In this document: positions 23,626 through 35,019 of the stretch, in pieces | Layout of the letters: each line of letters opens with the position of its first letter | How positions within the stretch are numbered: position 1 is the stretch's first letter | NCBI GenBank assembly: GCA_038087875.1 | Contig: CM075997.1 | Span: 2,296,001-2,360,000, forward strand | Source: Malacoraja senta | Taxonomy: Eukaryota | Length of the DNA stretch: 64,000 nt | Direction of reading: 5' to 3' | The notes under the pieces: generated by a model | The model's database searches: none | Seen by the model: the letters and a program-made list of their open reading frames with translations, nothing else | What the model was told of the DNA's origin: nothing | Position numbers and translations under genes: made by a program

Positions 23626-24277
23626 ATGTATAGGGAAATTGTTTTACACAGAGAGAGGTGGGTGCCTGGTATGCACTGCCAATGGTGGTACTGGAGGCAG
23701 ATAGTGGCATCTAAGAGTCTTTTAAATAGCCCCATGGATATGCAGGGTATGGAGGGATATGGATCATGTGAAGGCAGAAGAGATTAGTTTAACATCATCA
23801 TGTTCGGACCAGACACTGTGAGCTGAAGGATCTGTTCTTGTGTTTTACTGTTCTATGTCAGTTCAGTTCAGCTTATTGTCACATGTACCGAGGTACAGTG
23901 AAAAGCTTTTTTCTGCTTTCTATCCAGTCGGCAGAAAGACAATACATGATTACAATCGAGTAATTAGATGCGCATAGTGTATAGATCCATGATAGACAAT
24001 AGACAATAGACAATAGGCGCAGGAGTAGGCCATTTGGCCCTTCGAGCCAGCACCGCCATTCAATGTGATCATGGCTGATCATCCCCAATCAGTACCCCGT
24101 TCCTGCCTTCTCCCCATATCCCCTGACTCCGCTATTTTTAAGAGCCCTATCTAGCTCTCTCTTGAAAGCATCCAGAGAACCTGCCTCCACCGCCCTCTGA
24201 GGCAGAGAATTCCACAATAAGGGGATAAGGGAATAACGTTTAGTGCAAGGTAAAGCCAGCAAAGTCCGATCAAGGAC

Positions 24278-24627
24278 AATAATGGATGGGATTTATATAG
24301 CGCCTTTCTAATACTCAAGGCGCTTTACATCGCATTATTCATTCACTCCTCAGTCACACTCAGTGGTGGTGAGCTACTTCTGTAGCCAGAGCTGCCCTGG
24401 GGCAGACTGACGGAAGCGTGGCTGCTAATCTGCGCCTACGGCCCCTCCGACCACCACCAGTCACTCACACACATTCACACACATTCACGCACATTCACAC
24501 GCAGGCAAAGGTGGGTGAAGTGTCTTGCCCAAGGACACAACGAGAGTATGCACTCCAAGCGGGATTCGAACCGGCTACCTTCCGGTTGCCAGCCGAACAC
24601 TTAGCCCATTGCGCCATCTGTCGTCCA
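24278..24627 (-). mobile_element. tRNA-derived CORE-type SINE with L2 tail (AFC-like)
   Basis: A box TGGCGCAATGG, B box GGTTCGAATCC, TGTGTCCTTGGGCAAGACACTTCAC core, GCCCCAGGGCAGCT.TGGCTAC block, tail TGTAAAGCGCCTTGAG...AAAGGCGCTATATAAAT; AAGGA(C/T)A duplicated on both sides. Confidence 0.85.
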
Positions 24628-24934
24628 CTAAGGATAGTCCGAGGGTCACCAAAGAGGTAGATAGTTAGTTCAGCACTGCTCTCCAGGTAGGATGTGGTAG
24701 GATGGTTCGGTTGACATATAGCTGCTGGGAAGAAACTGTCCCTGAACATGTCCTAATTCTGTGAGTGAGAGATGTTGGAGGAATGATTTTCAAACGAGAG
24801 ATGTTAGAGAGTGTGTTGTTTCACCACAGGGACTGACTGAAGCAGAGACCTTTGCACTTCATAAAGGAAAGTCGATAAATATTTTAAATATCCATGGGGG
24901 GACTGGTAGCAAACTAACGATACAAAGTGAGACT

Positions 24935-25310
24935 GGTGTACAAAATCATGAGAGGAATAGATCGGGTAGATGCACAGAGTCTCTTGCCCAGAGTAGGGCA
25001 ATCGAGGACCAGAGGACATAGGTTTACGGTGAAGGGGAAAAATATTTAATAGGAATCCAAGGGGTAACTTTTTCACACAGAGGGTGGTGGGTGTATGGAA
25101 CAAGCTGCCAGGGAAGGTAATTGAGGCTGGGACTATCCCATCATTTAAGAAACAGTTGGACAGGAACATGGACAGGACAGGTTTGGAGGGATATGGACAA
25201 AGCGCAGGCAGGTGGGACTAGTGTAGCTGGGACATTGTTGGCCGGTGTGAGCCAGCTGGGCCGAAGGGCCTGTTTCCACGCTGTATCTCTCTACGACTCT
25301 ATGACCCTAT
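24935..25310 (+). mobile_element. CR1/HER1 3' fragment
   Basis: VYKIMRGIDRVDAQSLLPRVG...RTRGH motif plus tail. Confidence 0.8.
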
Positions 25311-26006
25311 GATATTCCTCACCACCAGCATAACCTGAGCATTGCCAATGAACACATTTTATTTGTTTCACCAAGTAACTTTTTTATTTTGCATTGATCA
25401 GCAAATCCAAGATCCTGGAGCCTGCAGCTCAGGGCAGCAGTTCAGATCTGCTAACATGACGAGAGAATATTTTGACAATTGTTAGGAACCAGATCATGAA
25501 TCGATGCGGAGGTTTGCTGAAAATTTCCACTGCATTCACTTTCCTTTGGATTCAATGTGTGTGTCGTTAACACTGGAACTTTAATTACTGCTCATTGATC
25601 GCGATAAACAGGTGTCGAATATTTTACTTCCCCATGAGGAGGCATTGAAAGGAGTAACACACTCATCGACTTGTTACATTAAAGAAGCATTTTACTTTTC
25701 CAGGGGCACCTGCTCTGTGCAGGGGATCTGTATCTTGGACATTTATTATTTACATCTTCCCGAGCGTTACTGGGGATAGATCTTAATAATGAATGACCTC
25801 CGGAATTGTGTCTCTAATACGGTTTCAAATCTGTACGCTACATTTCAGATGATCCCCTTGCAGAACAGTCTTGTGGTTTGGCCCCTCGTCTGGGCTAGGC
25901 TCGCCCAGGAGGGCCGAAGGTCCAGTTTAGTTGCCCTCATAGTAACATAGAAAAATAGCCAGCACCGCCATTCAATATGATCATGACTGAACATCCTAAA
26001 TCAGTA

Positions 26007-26223
26007 GGTACACAAAAATGCTGGAGAAACTCAGCGGGTGCAGCAGCATCTATGGAGCGAAGGAAATAGGTAACGTTTCGGGCCGAAACCCTTCGGGCCG
26101 AAGAAGGGTTTTGGCCCGAAACGTTACCTTTTTCCTTCGCTCCATAGATGCTGCTGCACCCGCTGAGTTTCTCCAGCATTTTTGTGTACCTTCGATTTTC
26201 CAGCATCTGCAGTTCCTTCTTTA
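26007..26223. mobile_element. Fold-back HHR element (subfamily B) inside a CR1 3'UTR
   Basis: Near-perfect palindrome centred on the ribozyme stem II; 14-bp TSD ATCCTAAATCAGTA (25993-26006, 26224-26237). Confidence 0.88.
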
Positions 26224-26638
26224 ATCCTAAATCAGTATCCCGTTCCTACTTTCTCCCCATATCCCTTGATCCCGTTAGCTCTAAGAGCTATATCAAACTC
26301 CCTCTTGAAAACATCCAGTGAATTGGCCTCCACTGCCTTCTGTGGCAGAGAATTCCACATGTTCCCAATGTTTTAGAATCTGCAGAAATCCACGAGAGGA
26401 AATATTTGGAATTTATTGCAGTCCTTGTAGAAGTTCTCTGATGTAAAAGTAATTGCTGTGTCCTGAATATGTCTGCACTTTCAGATCTTGTGTCTATGTT
26501 TCTGCCCAGAATATTTTCTCATCCAGCTGAAGGCAGTCCATTGCTCAGACAGCAATCCATTGCCTTGTGTATTTTACAATTGATTCTGGTTACCTTGTTT
26601 GGTGAATTAATATGATGAATCCAATCCTCTGGTTTCAG

Positions 26639-26673
26639 ACGATGCTGAAGAAGGATGAGGACCGATTTGGACG
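26639..26673 (+). CDS. Candidate 35-nt coding exon (TMLKKDEDRFGR), unidentified gene
   Basis: Acceptor TCTGGTTTCAG|, donor |GTGAGC; only one open frame; paralogous acceptor at 31039. Confidence 0.35.
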
Positions 26674-27291
26674 GTGAGCGATTCTCAGCATCTCATGACA
26701 TTAATGTATCGGGCACTGAAATAATGCTCGCGTTAGATTTGAAAAGGAGTTGAAAGTGCATCAGCAGTTGAATGGATTGAATGATGCCAAGCAGTACTTG
26801 ACATGTTAAACTGGTTTCCTCATGTAATAATAAGAGGGCAAGGTGAATTAAAGTGGGAGAAAACCCACAATAAGGAGAATAAATGTCAATGAGTGTCTTC
26901 TGTCTGAAGAAGGGTCTCAATCCGAAATGTCCCTCATTCCTCTTCAGAGTTGCTGCCTGTCCCACTGAGTTACTCCAGTATTTTGTGTCTATCTTAAGTG
27001 TCATCGTAGATCAGGTTGAGGGTGGCATGGTGGCGCAGCGGTAGAGTTGCTGCCTTACAGACCCGGGTTTGATCCTGACTACGGGTGCTGTCTGTACAGA
27101 ATTTGTACGTTCTCTCCGTGACCGCATGGGTTTCCTCCGGGTGCCCCGGTTTCCCCCCGCACTCCAAAGACGCGCGGGTTTGTTGGCTTCTTTAAATCGT
27201 CCCTCGTGTGTAGAATAGAACTAGTAGATTAGATCAGCCATGATCACATTGAATGGCGGTGCTGGCTCGAAGGGCCGAATGGCCTACTCCT

Positions 27292-28294
27292 TGGGAGGAG
27301 CCATCTTGGGGAACGGCTGCTAATCAGCACCTGTCCGTTAAATTCACTTTTTTTCTTAGTTTTTAGTGAATTTTGTCTATGTTTGCTGGGGAATTTGACT
27401 TTTCATGTGGGAGGGGTAATGGGGGAAACTATTTTCTAGGTCCCTACCTGGTCGGTGAGGCAGCTTTTTCTCCGGGCTGCCCCGTCGACCCGTCCTTGCG
27501 GCCTACCAGCGGGCCTGGAGCGGCGTTTCCTGGCGGGGACCGCCCAGCACCTTCAGCTTCGGTGGCGGCACAGCGCTGGAGCGCTATCGCGGAGCGCTAT
27601 CGCGGAGCGGAGCGAGCGATGCCTTGCCTGGGTCGCCGCGCTGGATCGACGCGCTGGAGCTCCGGTGAGCTGTGACCGCCGAGTTCAACACCTCCGGGCT
27701 GCGGGACTGCGGAGCGGCCAGCCGCGGGCGGCGGCGCCGACTCTAACATCGGGAGCCTTGGAGCTCCATACCGGCGCGGCCTTGTCGGCTTCAGAAGCCA
27801 CGGACTCCGGTAGGGAATCGGCCGTTCCAGCCGTCCCAGCCGCTGTGAGGACTCTCCCGACACCGGGGCAACTGCACCCGGCGAGAACGGCCAGGAACAT
27901 CGGGCCTCCGTAGAGGCAACTGTGGAGGCCTCAATAGGCCTGACTTTGGGAGAACTGGGGTTGGGGACTGGACATTGTGCCTTCCCGCACAGTGGTAATC
28001 ATTGTGGGGGGATGATTTTTGTGTGTAAATGATTATTTTACTCTGTGTCCAAGATGGCTGCCGGAAGTGGGAGTGGATTCTGGCGTTCTTTAGCAGCCGC
28101 TGCTCTCTCTTTCATATTGTGTTTTTGATTTTTGTTTTCTGATTGAATTCTGTCTTTAATTTGTGTACTGGTGATGTCTTTGCTATTTATTTCATTCCGC
28201 TTACATGTTTTTACACTATTTGTTAAATTTTGTAAGGTGTCCTTGAGACTCTTGAAAGGCGCCCATAAATAAAATGTATTATTATTATTATTAT
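27292..28294 (+). mobile_element. ~1-kb GC-rich non-autonomous element with L2-type tail
   Basis: 7-bp TSD TACTCCT (27285-27291, 28295-28301) within a CR1 3'UTR; YY1-like GCCATCTT (27300) and AAGATGGC (28051); tail TGTAAGGTGTCCTTGAG...GAAAGGCGCCCATAAATAAAATG(TAT)n; no coding signature. Confidence 0.85.
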
Positions 28295-28711
28295 TACTCC
28301 TGCACCTATTGTCTATTGTCTATAGTGTACGGTTGATCGCTGGTCGGCATGGACTCGGTGGGCCGAAGGGCCTGTTTCCACGCAGTATCTCCAAAATTGA
28401 ATCAAATGGCTTGCCTCTGTGCTATAAAATACCATGTTTAAAAAATGACTTGGATTTATAAGACTTTCTTTACTCAAGAGAAAATCCCAAAATACTTTAC
28501 AAATAAGGAAACAAGGTCGGAAAACAATAGAATATTTATCCAAGGCTTGTCTGAAAAAATGTGGTTTGAAGTAAAATAGAGGAATTTAATTGAGATGTTT
28601 GACATAAGGGAAGTTTAATCTAGAATTGAGTTCAGTAAATGATATACTGAAAAATATTCATATTTAAATGTTACACAGGGATTAACCGATCAGCAAAGTG
28701 GTGAATATTGG

Positions 28712-29001
28712 ATGGCGCAGTGGTAGAGTTGCTGCCTTGCAGCGCCAGAGACCCGAGTTCGATCCTGACTACGGGTGCTGCCTTTATGGAGTTTGCACGT
28801 TCTCAACGTGGACTGTGTGGGTTTTCTCTGGGTGCTCCAGTTTCCTCCCACACTCCAAAGACAGGTTTGTAGGCTGTTTGATAAAATTGCAAAATGACCC
28901 TAGAGTGTGTAGGATAGTGTTAGTGTGTGGGGATTGCTGGTAGACTCGGTGGGCCGAATCGCCTGTTTCCGCACCTTATCTCTGAACTAAACTGAACTAA
29001 A
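28712..29001 (+). mobile_element. HE1-like V-SINE
   Basis: A/B boxes, V-domain, (CTAAA/CTGAA) tail. Confidence 0.8.
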
Positions 29002-29290
29002 TGAGAATTCAGCTAGCTACGTCTTGCCAACCCTTCATTTCGGTGTGCTTTGTGACTTTGTAAGATTCACCAGTATTGTGTGGTTATAGTATATTGTCGG
29101 ATATTGAAGTATAACAGTATGTTAGGGTGCACAATGATGTCAGATCAGGCATCATATAAGCAGAGAAACCTTTATTATATGTAACACTCTGCCCCTCTCA
29201 TCTTCAAAGAGCAATTGTTTAGTTTAGAGATACAGCACGGAAACATGCCCTTCGGCCCACCGAGTCCACACCGACCAGCGATCCCCGCAC

Positions 29291-30700
29291 AAAACCCTGG
29301 AGCGCATCGTCGCGTCACAACTTCATTCCCACCTCCTCGTGTATAACCTATTCGAACCCCTCCAATCTGGCTTTCGCCCCCTCCATAGCACAGAAACTGC
29401 TCTCCTCAAAGTCCTCAACGACCTCCTCACCTCTGCTGACACTGGTTCCCTCAACATCCTCATCCTCCTTGACCTGAGTGCAGCCTTCGATACCGTGAAC
29501 CATAACATCCTGCTTACCAGACTTAAAGACCTTGGCATTGAAGGTTCTGCACTCAGCTGGCTCCGTTCCTACCTTTCCAACCGATCCCACTTCATCTCTC
29601 TCCATAACCACACCTCTGCCACAGCCACTGTCACTCAAGGCGTTCCCCAAGGCTCCGTTCTCGGTCCCCTCCTCTTCATCATCTACATCCTCCCCCTTGG
29701 TCATATACTCCGTCACTTCAACCTGGACTTCCATTGCTATGCTGATGACACCCAGATCTATCTCAGCACCAAGTCCCTCCACCACCCCCCTCTCTCCCAT
29801 ATCAACTCCTGCCTGTCAGCCATCAAATCTTGGATGCAACTCAACTTCCTTAAATTAAACAGTAACAAAACAGAATTTCTCCTCATTGGCTCCAAATCAA
29901 CACTTACTAAAATTAACAACCCCACTCTCACTATTGACGGCACCACTGTCTCCCCATCTCCTCAGGCCCGCAACCTTGGCGTGATCTTTGACTCAACCCT
30001 CTCCCTTGAGCCTCACATCCGCCATGTTATCAAAACATCATTTTTTCACCTCCGCAACATTGCCAAAATCAGACCCTCTCTCACACCCCTCGCTGCTGAA
30101 AGACTCATCCATGCCTTCATCTCCTCCCGACTGGACTACTGTAACTCTCTTCTCTTTGGCATTAATTCCAGCAACATCAACCGACTCCAACTGGTCCAGA
30201 ATGCAGCCGCCCGACTCATCACCCACACCAAATCCTGGCACCACATCACCCCAGTTCTCAAAGAACTTCACTGGCTTCCCATTTCCCACCGGATCATCTA
30301 CAAAATCCTGGTCCTCACCTACAAAGCCCTCAACCACTTGGACCCCCCTTATCTCACTGACCTCCTCTCCCCCTAACAACCCTCACGGTCCCTCAGATCC
30401 ACATCAGCCGGTCTCCTCTCCATTCCGAAATCCAACCTCTGCACTTTTGGAGACAGAGCCTTCTCCAGGGCAGCTCCCAGGCTCTGGAACTCCCTCCCAC
30501 AATTGATCCGAAATTCTGAGTCCCTCACCATCCTCCAGTCCCACCTCAAGACCCATCTCTTCACCTCTGCATACCCTTAGTCCCATGTCCCCCTCCCCTT
30601 TGCATCTCTGTCTTACTGCTCTATTTTGTTTTGTTTTTGACTCTCCATGTAAAGCGACTGATTCCTTGAAAAGCGCTATATAAATAAAATCTATTATTAT
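29291..30700 (+). mobile_element. L2 LINE, 5'-truncated, inserted in an HE1 SINE
   Basis: ORF 29339-30376 QSGFRPLHSTETAL, LDLSAAFDTV, GVPQGSVLGP, YADDTQIY, SRLDYCN, LHWLP; premature TAA at 30374; tail TGTAAAGCGAC...GAAAAGCGCTATATAAATAAAATC(TAT)n. Confidence 0.95.
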
Positions 30701-31038
30701 TGACACCATCCATCACTGAGGACAATGTTTACATTTGTACACCAAGCCAATTAACCTCGAAACCTGTACGGCTTTGGAGTGTGGGAGGAAACTGAAATTC
30801 TCGGAGAAACCAACACGCAGGTCACGGGGAGAACGTACAAACTCCGCACAGACAGCACCCGTAGCCAGGATCGAACCTGCGTCTCTGGTGCTGTGAGGCA
30901 GCAACTCTACCACTGCGCCACCGTGACGCACAAGAGTGCATCAACGTTTCAGAGGCCTTGCCTTGTGTATTTTACAATTGATTCTGGTTACCTTTTTTTT
31001 GGATAATTACTACGATGAATCCAATCCTCTGTTTTCAG

Positions 31039-31126
31039 ACGATTCTAAAAGCGCTCAAGCCTGGCAATAAGAATTTAAAACGCCATTTGCATCTGCTTCG
31101 TCAGATTATTGTAGAATTCGCTAAAG
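31039..31126 (+). CDS. Candidate coding exon (TILKALKPGNKNLKRHLHLLRQIIVEFAK), unidentified gene
   Basis: Acceptor CTCTGTTTTCAG|; AAG|GTGTTA donor (weak); phase 0 to 1. Confidence 0.3.
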
Positions 31127-31979
31127 GTGTTAGTTATCCACCGTATAATCCTGTATTGGGGACTACACAATGCATTTGTTGTAAGGAGATATCTTATATG
31201 AAAGCCTGTATTAGTGAAGAAAACAATTCTTTAGGATTAAGGTCAGCAGTCGACTGGTTTTGGATGTCCAATCTCATTTTTGGTGTAGATTTGGGGGAAT
31301 AACATAGGCATTGAAGTGCCTTTATTATCTTCAGCTGTTCTGTTTCTCCTTAGCACCTCATAAGGCCATAAGGAATAGGAATAGAATTAGGCCATTCGGT
31401 CCATCAAGTCTACTCCGTTATCCAATCATGGCTGATCTATCTCTCCCTCCCAACCCCATTCTCCTGCCTTCTCCCCGCACTGGTAGCGGCCGTGGTCAGG
31501 ATCGAACCTGGGGCTGTGAGGCAACGGTGCTACCGTGCAGTGGAACTGTGGATATGGAACAGCAGTGGGTGTACTCTGTGTGAGTCTGCGTGCTGTCAGT
31601 GCAGACTGCCCGGACCATGCCTCTGGCATCAGACATGGTGCGATCGTCACTGCTCCAGACTGTGACGCCCTGGTCTCTGCTGCAGCAATACGTGGCAGCG
31701 ATGCTGAGATCCAGCAGGCTCTTTAAAAACAGAATTAAAGAGGTTTTATTCCTCCAGCTCTTGCAATGTGGGAAATGAGTGCAGCAGGAGCTGGAAGCAT
31801 TAGTATTGAGAGTGCTGAGGCGCATTGACCTTGGGAATGTGAATAGATTTTGCTCAAAATGCAGGCAGGCAACACATTGTTGATAAACAGATCTGTGCAA
31901 CATACAGAACAGTTCTGTGCCTGACACAGAGACACTGTTCCACAAACGATTTTAACCGGTTAATAAAATGTTTTGTCTG

Positions 31980-32750
31980 CAAGGTGTTCCGCAGGGGTTG
32001 GTGTTGGGGCCGCTACTTTTCACGTTGTATATTGTTAATTATGTTGAGGGAATTCATGGCCTTGCGACCAAGTTTGCGGATGATGCGGAGATAGGTGGAG
32101 GGGCAGGTAGTTCAGAGGAAGCAGGGCTTGGACAGATTGGGAGAGTGGGCAAAGAAGCAGGCAGATGGAAATACAGTGTGCGGTCATGCGGGAATAAGTA
32201 GGAACAAAGGCGTGGACTATTTTCTAAATGGGGAGAGGATTCAGAAATCTGAGGTGCAGAGGGACTTGGGAGTGCTGGTGCAGGATTCCCGACAGGCTCA
32301 TTTGCAAGTCGAATCGGGCAAATGCACTGTTAATATTCATTTTGAGAGCACTGGAATAAAAAGCAGGGACATAATGCTGGGGCTTTATAAGGCACTGGCC
32401 AGGCCGCATCTGGAGTATTGTGAGTAGCGTTGAGCCCCATATCTGAGGAGGGATGTGCTGGCGTCGGTGAGGGTCCAGAGGAAGTTTATCAGAATGATCC
32501 CAGGAATGAGTGGGTTAACGTACGATGAGGCCTGTGCTCGCTGGAGTTCAGAATGATAAGGGGGGATTTCAATGAAACCTTCCGAATAGTGAAAGGCCCG
32601 GATAGAGCGGATGTGGAGAGGATGTTTCCACTAGTGGGAGAGTCTCGGACCAGAGGGCACCGCCTCAGAATAAATGGATGTGCCTTTAGAAACAAGATGA
32701 GGAGGAATTTCTTTAGCCAGAGAGTGGTGAATCTGTGGAATTCATTGCAA
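31980..32750 (+). mobile_element. Degenerate CR1 RT/C-terminal fragment
   Basis: GVPQGLVLGPLLF, KFADD, RPHLEYC, RNFFSQRVVNLWN spread across frames. Confidence 0.85.
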
Positions 32751-32764
32751 TTACAACCACTTAG

Positions 32765-33080
32765 AGTCATAGAGTGATCAGTATGGAAACAGGCCCTTCG
32801 GCCCAACTTGCCCACACCTGCCAACATGTGCCAGCTACACTCGTCCCACCTGCCTGCGCTCAGTCCATAATCCCTCCAAACTGTCCCATCCATGTACCTG
32901 TCTAACTGTTTCTTAAACGTTGGGATAGTCCCAGCCTCAACCAACTCCCCTGGCAGCTCGTTCCATACACCCACCACCCTTTGTGTGAAAACGTTACCCC
33001 TCAGATTCCTATTAAATCTTTTCCCCTTCACTTTGAACCTATGTCCTCTGGTCCTCGATTCCACTACGCTGGGCAAGAGA
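32765..33080 (-). mobile_element. CR1/HER1 3' fragment
   Basis: ORF 32489-33076 RTRGHRFKVKG...FTQRVVGVWNELP. Confidence 0.8.
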
Positions 33081-34845
33081 TTGTTACAACCATTTCCTTT
33101 CAGACCCTAGGGTGCATGCTGTAGGGTACAGCAGAGTTGTCAGCCTTACGTCCCATTAATTTGTTCGATTTACTTTCCCTGGTGAGAGCGACCACTTTCC
33201 TCTGTGTCTTTTGCCCTGGATTTTCTATAATTTAGCCTTTGGTGCTTGAAAATATGTGTTCAATGACACTACCATTCCCTTTCTTTCCCATCAGTAACTT
33301 TTCAGTTTCATCCTCTGAGGGATCAGCGTTTATCTTGGCTATTTTCTTCTCTGCCATATCCTTTTAGAAGTTTGGATTGTCTATTTCTATATTTAGATAA
33401 GTTCAGTTAGGTTTAGAAATACAGCGCGGGAACAGGCCCTTCGGTCCACCGAGTCCGCACTAACTAACGCTATGGATACTCTGGATACTTTCAAGAGGGA
33501 GCTAGACAGGGCTCTTAACGATAGCGGAGTCAGGGGATATGGGGAGAAGGCAGGAACGGGGTACTGATTGGGGATGATCAGCCATGATCACCTTCAATGG
33601 CTCGAAGGGCCGAATGGCCTACTCTTGCACCTATTGTCTATTGTCTATTGTCTATTGCTATCCTACACACAATTTACACATACACCAAGCCAATTAGCCT
33701 ACAAACCTGTACGTCTTTGGAGTGTGGGAGGAAACCGAAGATCTCGGAGAAAACCCATGCGGTCACGGGGAGAACGTACAAACTCTGTGCAGACAGCACC
33801 CGTAGTTGGGTCTCTGGCGCTGCAAGCGCTGTAAGGCAGCAACTCTACCACTGCCCCACCGTGCTGTTCTCACTGATTTGCTCTCAGTCTATTTTGTCCG
33901 CCTCTTTCCATTGCTGGCCTTGCTGCATCTCTTTCAATAACATTGTACACTGTCTCTTTCAATTTGATACCATTCTTCAAAAGCTGCAGATGAATCATCC
34001 CTCTCAAGGGCTTTGTTTCTCAAAGAAATGTGTTCTTCGAAAATTATGAAGGTTCTCCTTGAATACCGACATCAAGCACCCACCTGTACTAATCCCACTT
34101 ACCTAAACTTTGGTTGTCTTGGCGATTCTCTGACTCTATGACTGTGAGATATAATTGAGCTGTGTGGATAGGGTCAGGAGATAGAAACGTAGAAAATAGG
34201 TGCAGGAGTAGGCCATTCGGCCCTTCAAGCCAGCACTGCCATCCAATATCATCATGGCTGATCATCCAGAATCAGTGCCCCGTTCCTGCTTTCTCCCCAT
34301 ATCCCTGGATTCCGTCAGCTCAAAGAGCCACATCTAACTCTCTCTTGAATACATCCAGTGAATTGGCCTCCACTGCCTTCTGTGGCAGAGAATTCCACAG
34401 ATTCACAACTTTCTGGGTGAAGAAGTCTTTCCTCATCTCAGTCCTAAATGGCCTGCCCCTTATTCTTAAACTAGTGACCCCTGGTTCTGGACTCCCCCAA
34501 CATGGGGAATATATTTCCTGCATCTAGCCTGTCCAATCCCTTAATAATTGTATATGTTTCTCCGGGACTTTGCCCTCTCATCAATCGAGGAGGGAAGATT
34601 CGTGAAAGGTCGAAGGTGATAGAAATCATGAGGAAAAGGGTTTCCCACCGCGAATATTGAGGATCTGGAAGTCTGCCTGAAAGGGTGGTGGATACAGAAG
34701 CTTTGACACATTGTGAAGTGACCTGGATCAGCATTTGAAATTCTGTGGACTGCAGAGCTGTGCACTGCAAGTTAGAGGGTTAGGATTGATCTTTACAGTT
34801 CTTTGATACTCCGTGTGGACACCAGTTGTATGCTCCTGTGCTTAG

Positions 34846-34934
34846 GTCATAAGGTCTTCTTCTTATCGAGTCCACATACAAGATTAGAAGCTGTTCAGCC
34901 AGAGCTGAACACACTTCTCGGCATCAACACAATG
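34846..34934 (+). CDS. Candidate coding exon ((G)HKVFFLSSPHTRLEAVQPELNTLLGINTM)
   Basis: Acceptor CTCCTGTGCTTAG|, donor ATG|GTGTGT; only one open frame, phase 1 to 0, compatible with 31039-31126. Confidence 0.3.
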
Positions 34935-35019
34935 GTGTGTGTCTTGCGTTTCTTGTGCGTGGTGGTGGAAAGATTGGTGGAAACAGGGCCGTGACGTGAA
35001 CGCTCTTTCCTTGACCCCA

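Noticed and set aside
26639..26790. Protein-kinase subdomain II-III resemblance (K...RFEKELKVH)
   Set aside because: No Gly-loop, HRD or DFG exons found; similarity too short to support a call
27019..27090. tRNA genes at SINE heads
   Set aside because: A/B boxes run into the V-domain and LINE tail with no full cloverleaf or terminator
27373..27913. Long GC-rich ORFs (also 6726-7228, 18610-19120, 37222-37875) as genes
   Set aside because: Open in several frames because of GC content, low complexity, and mostly inside repeats
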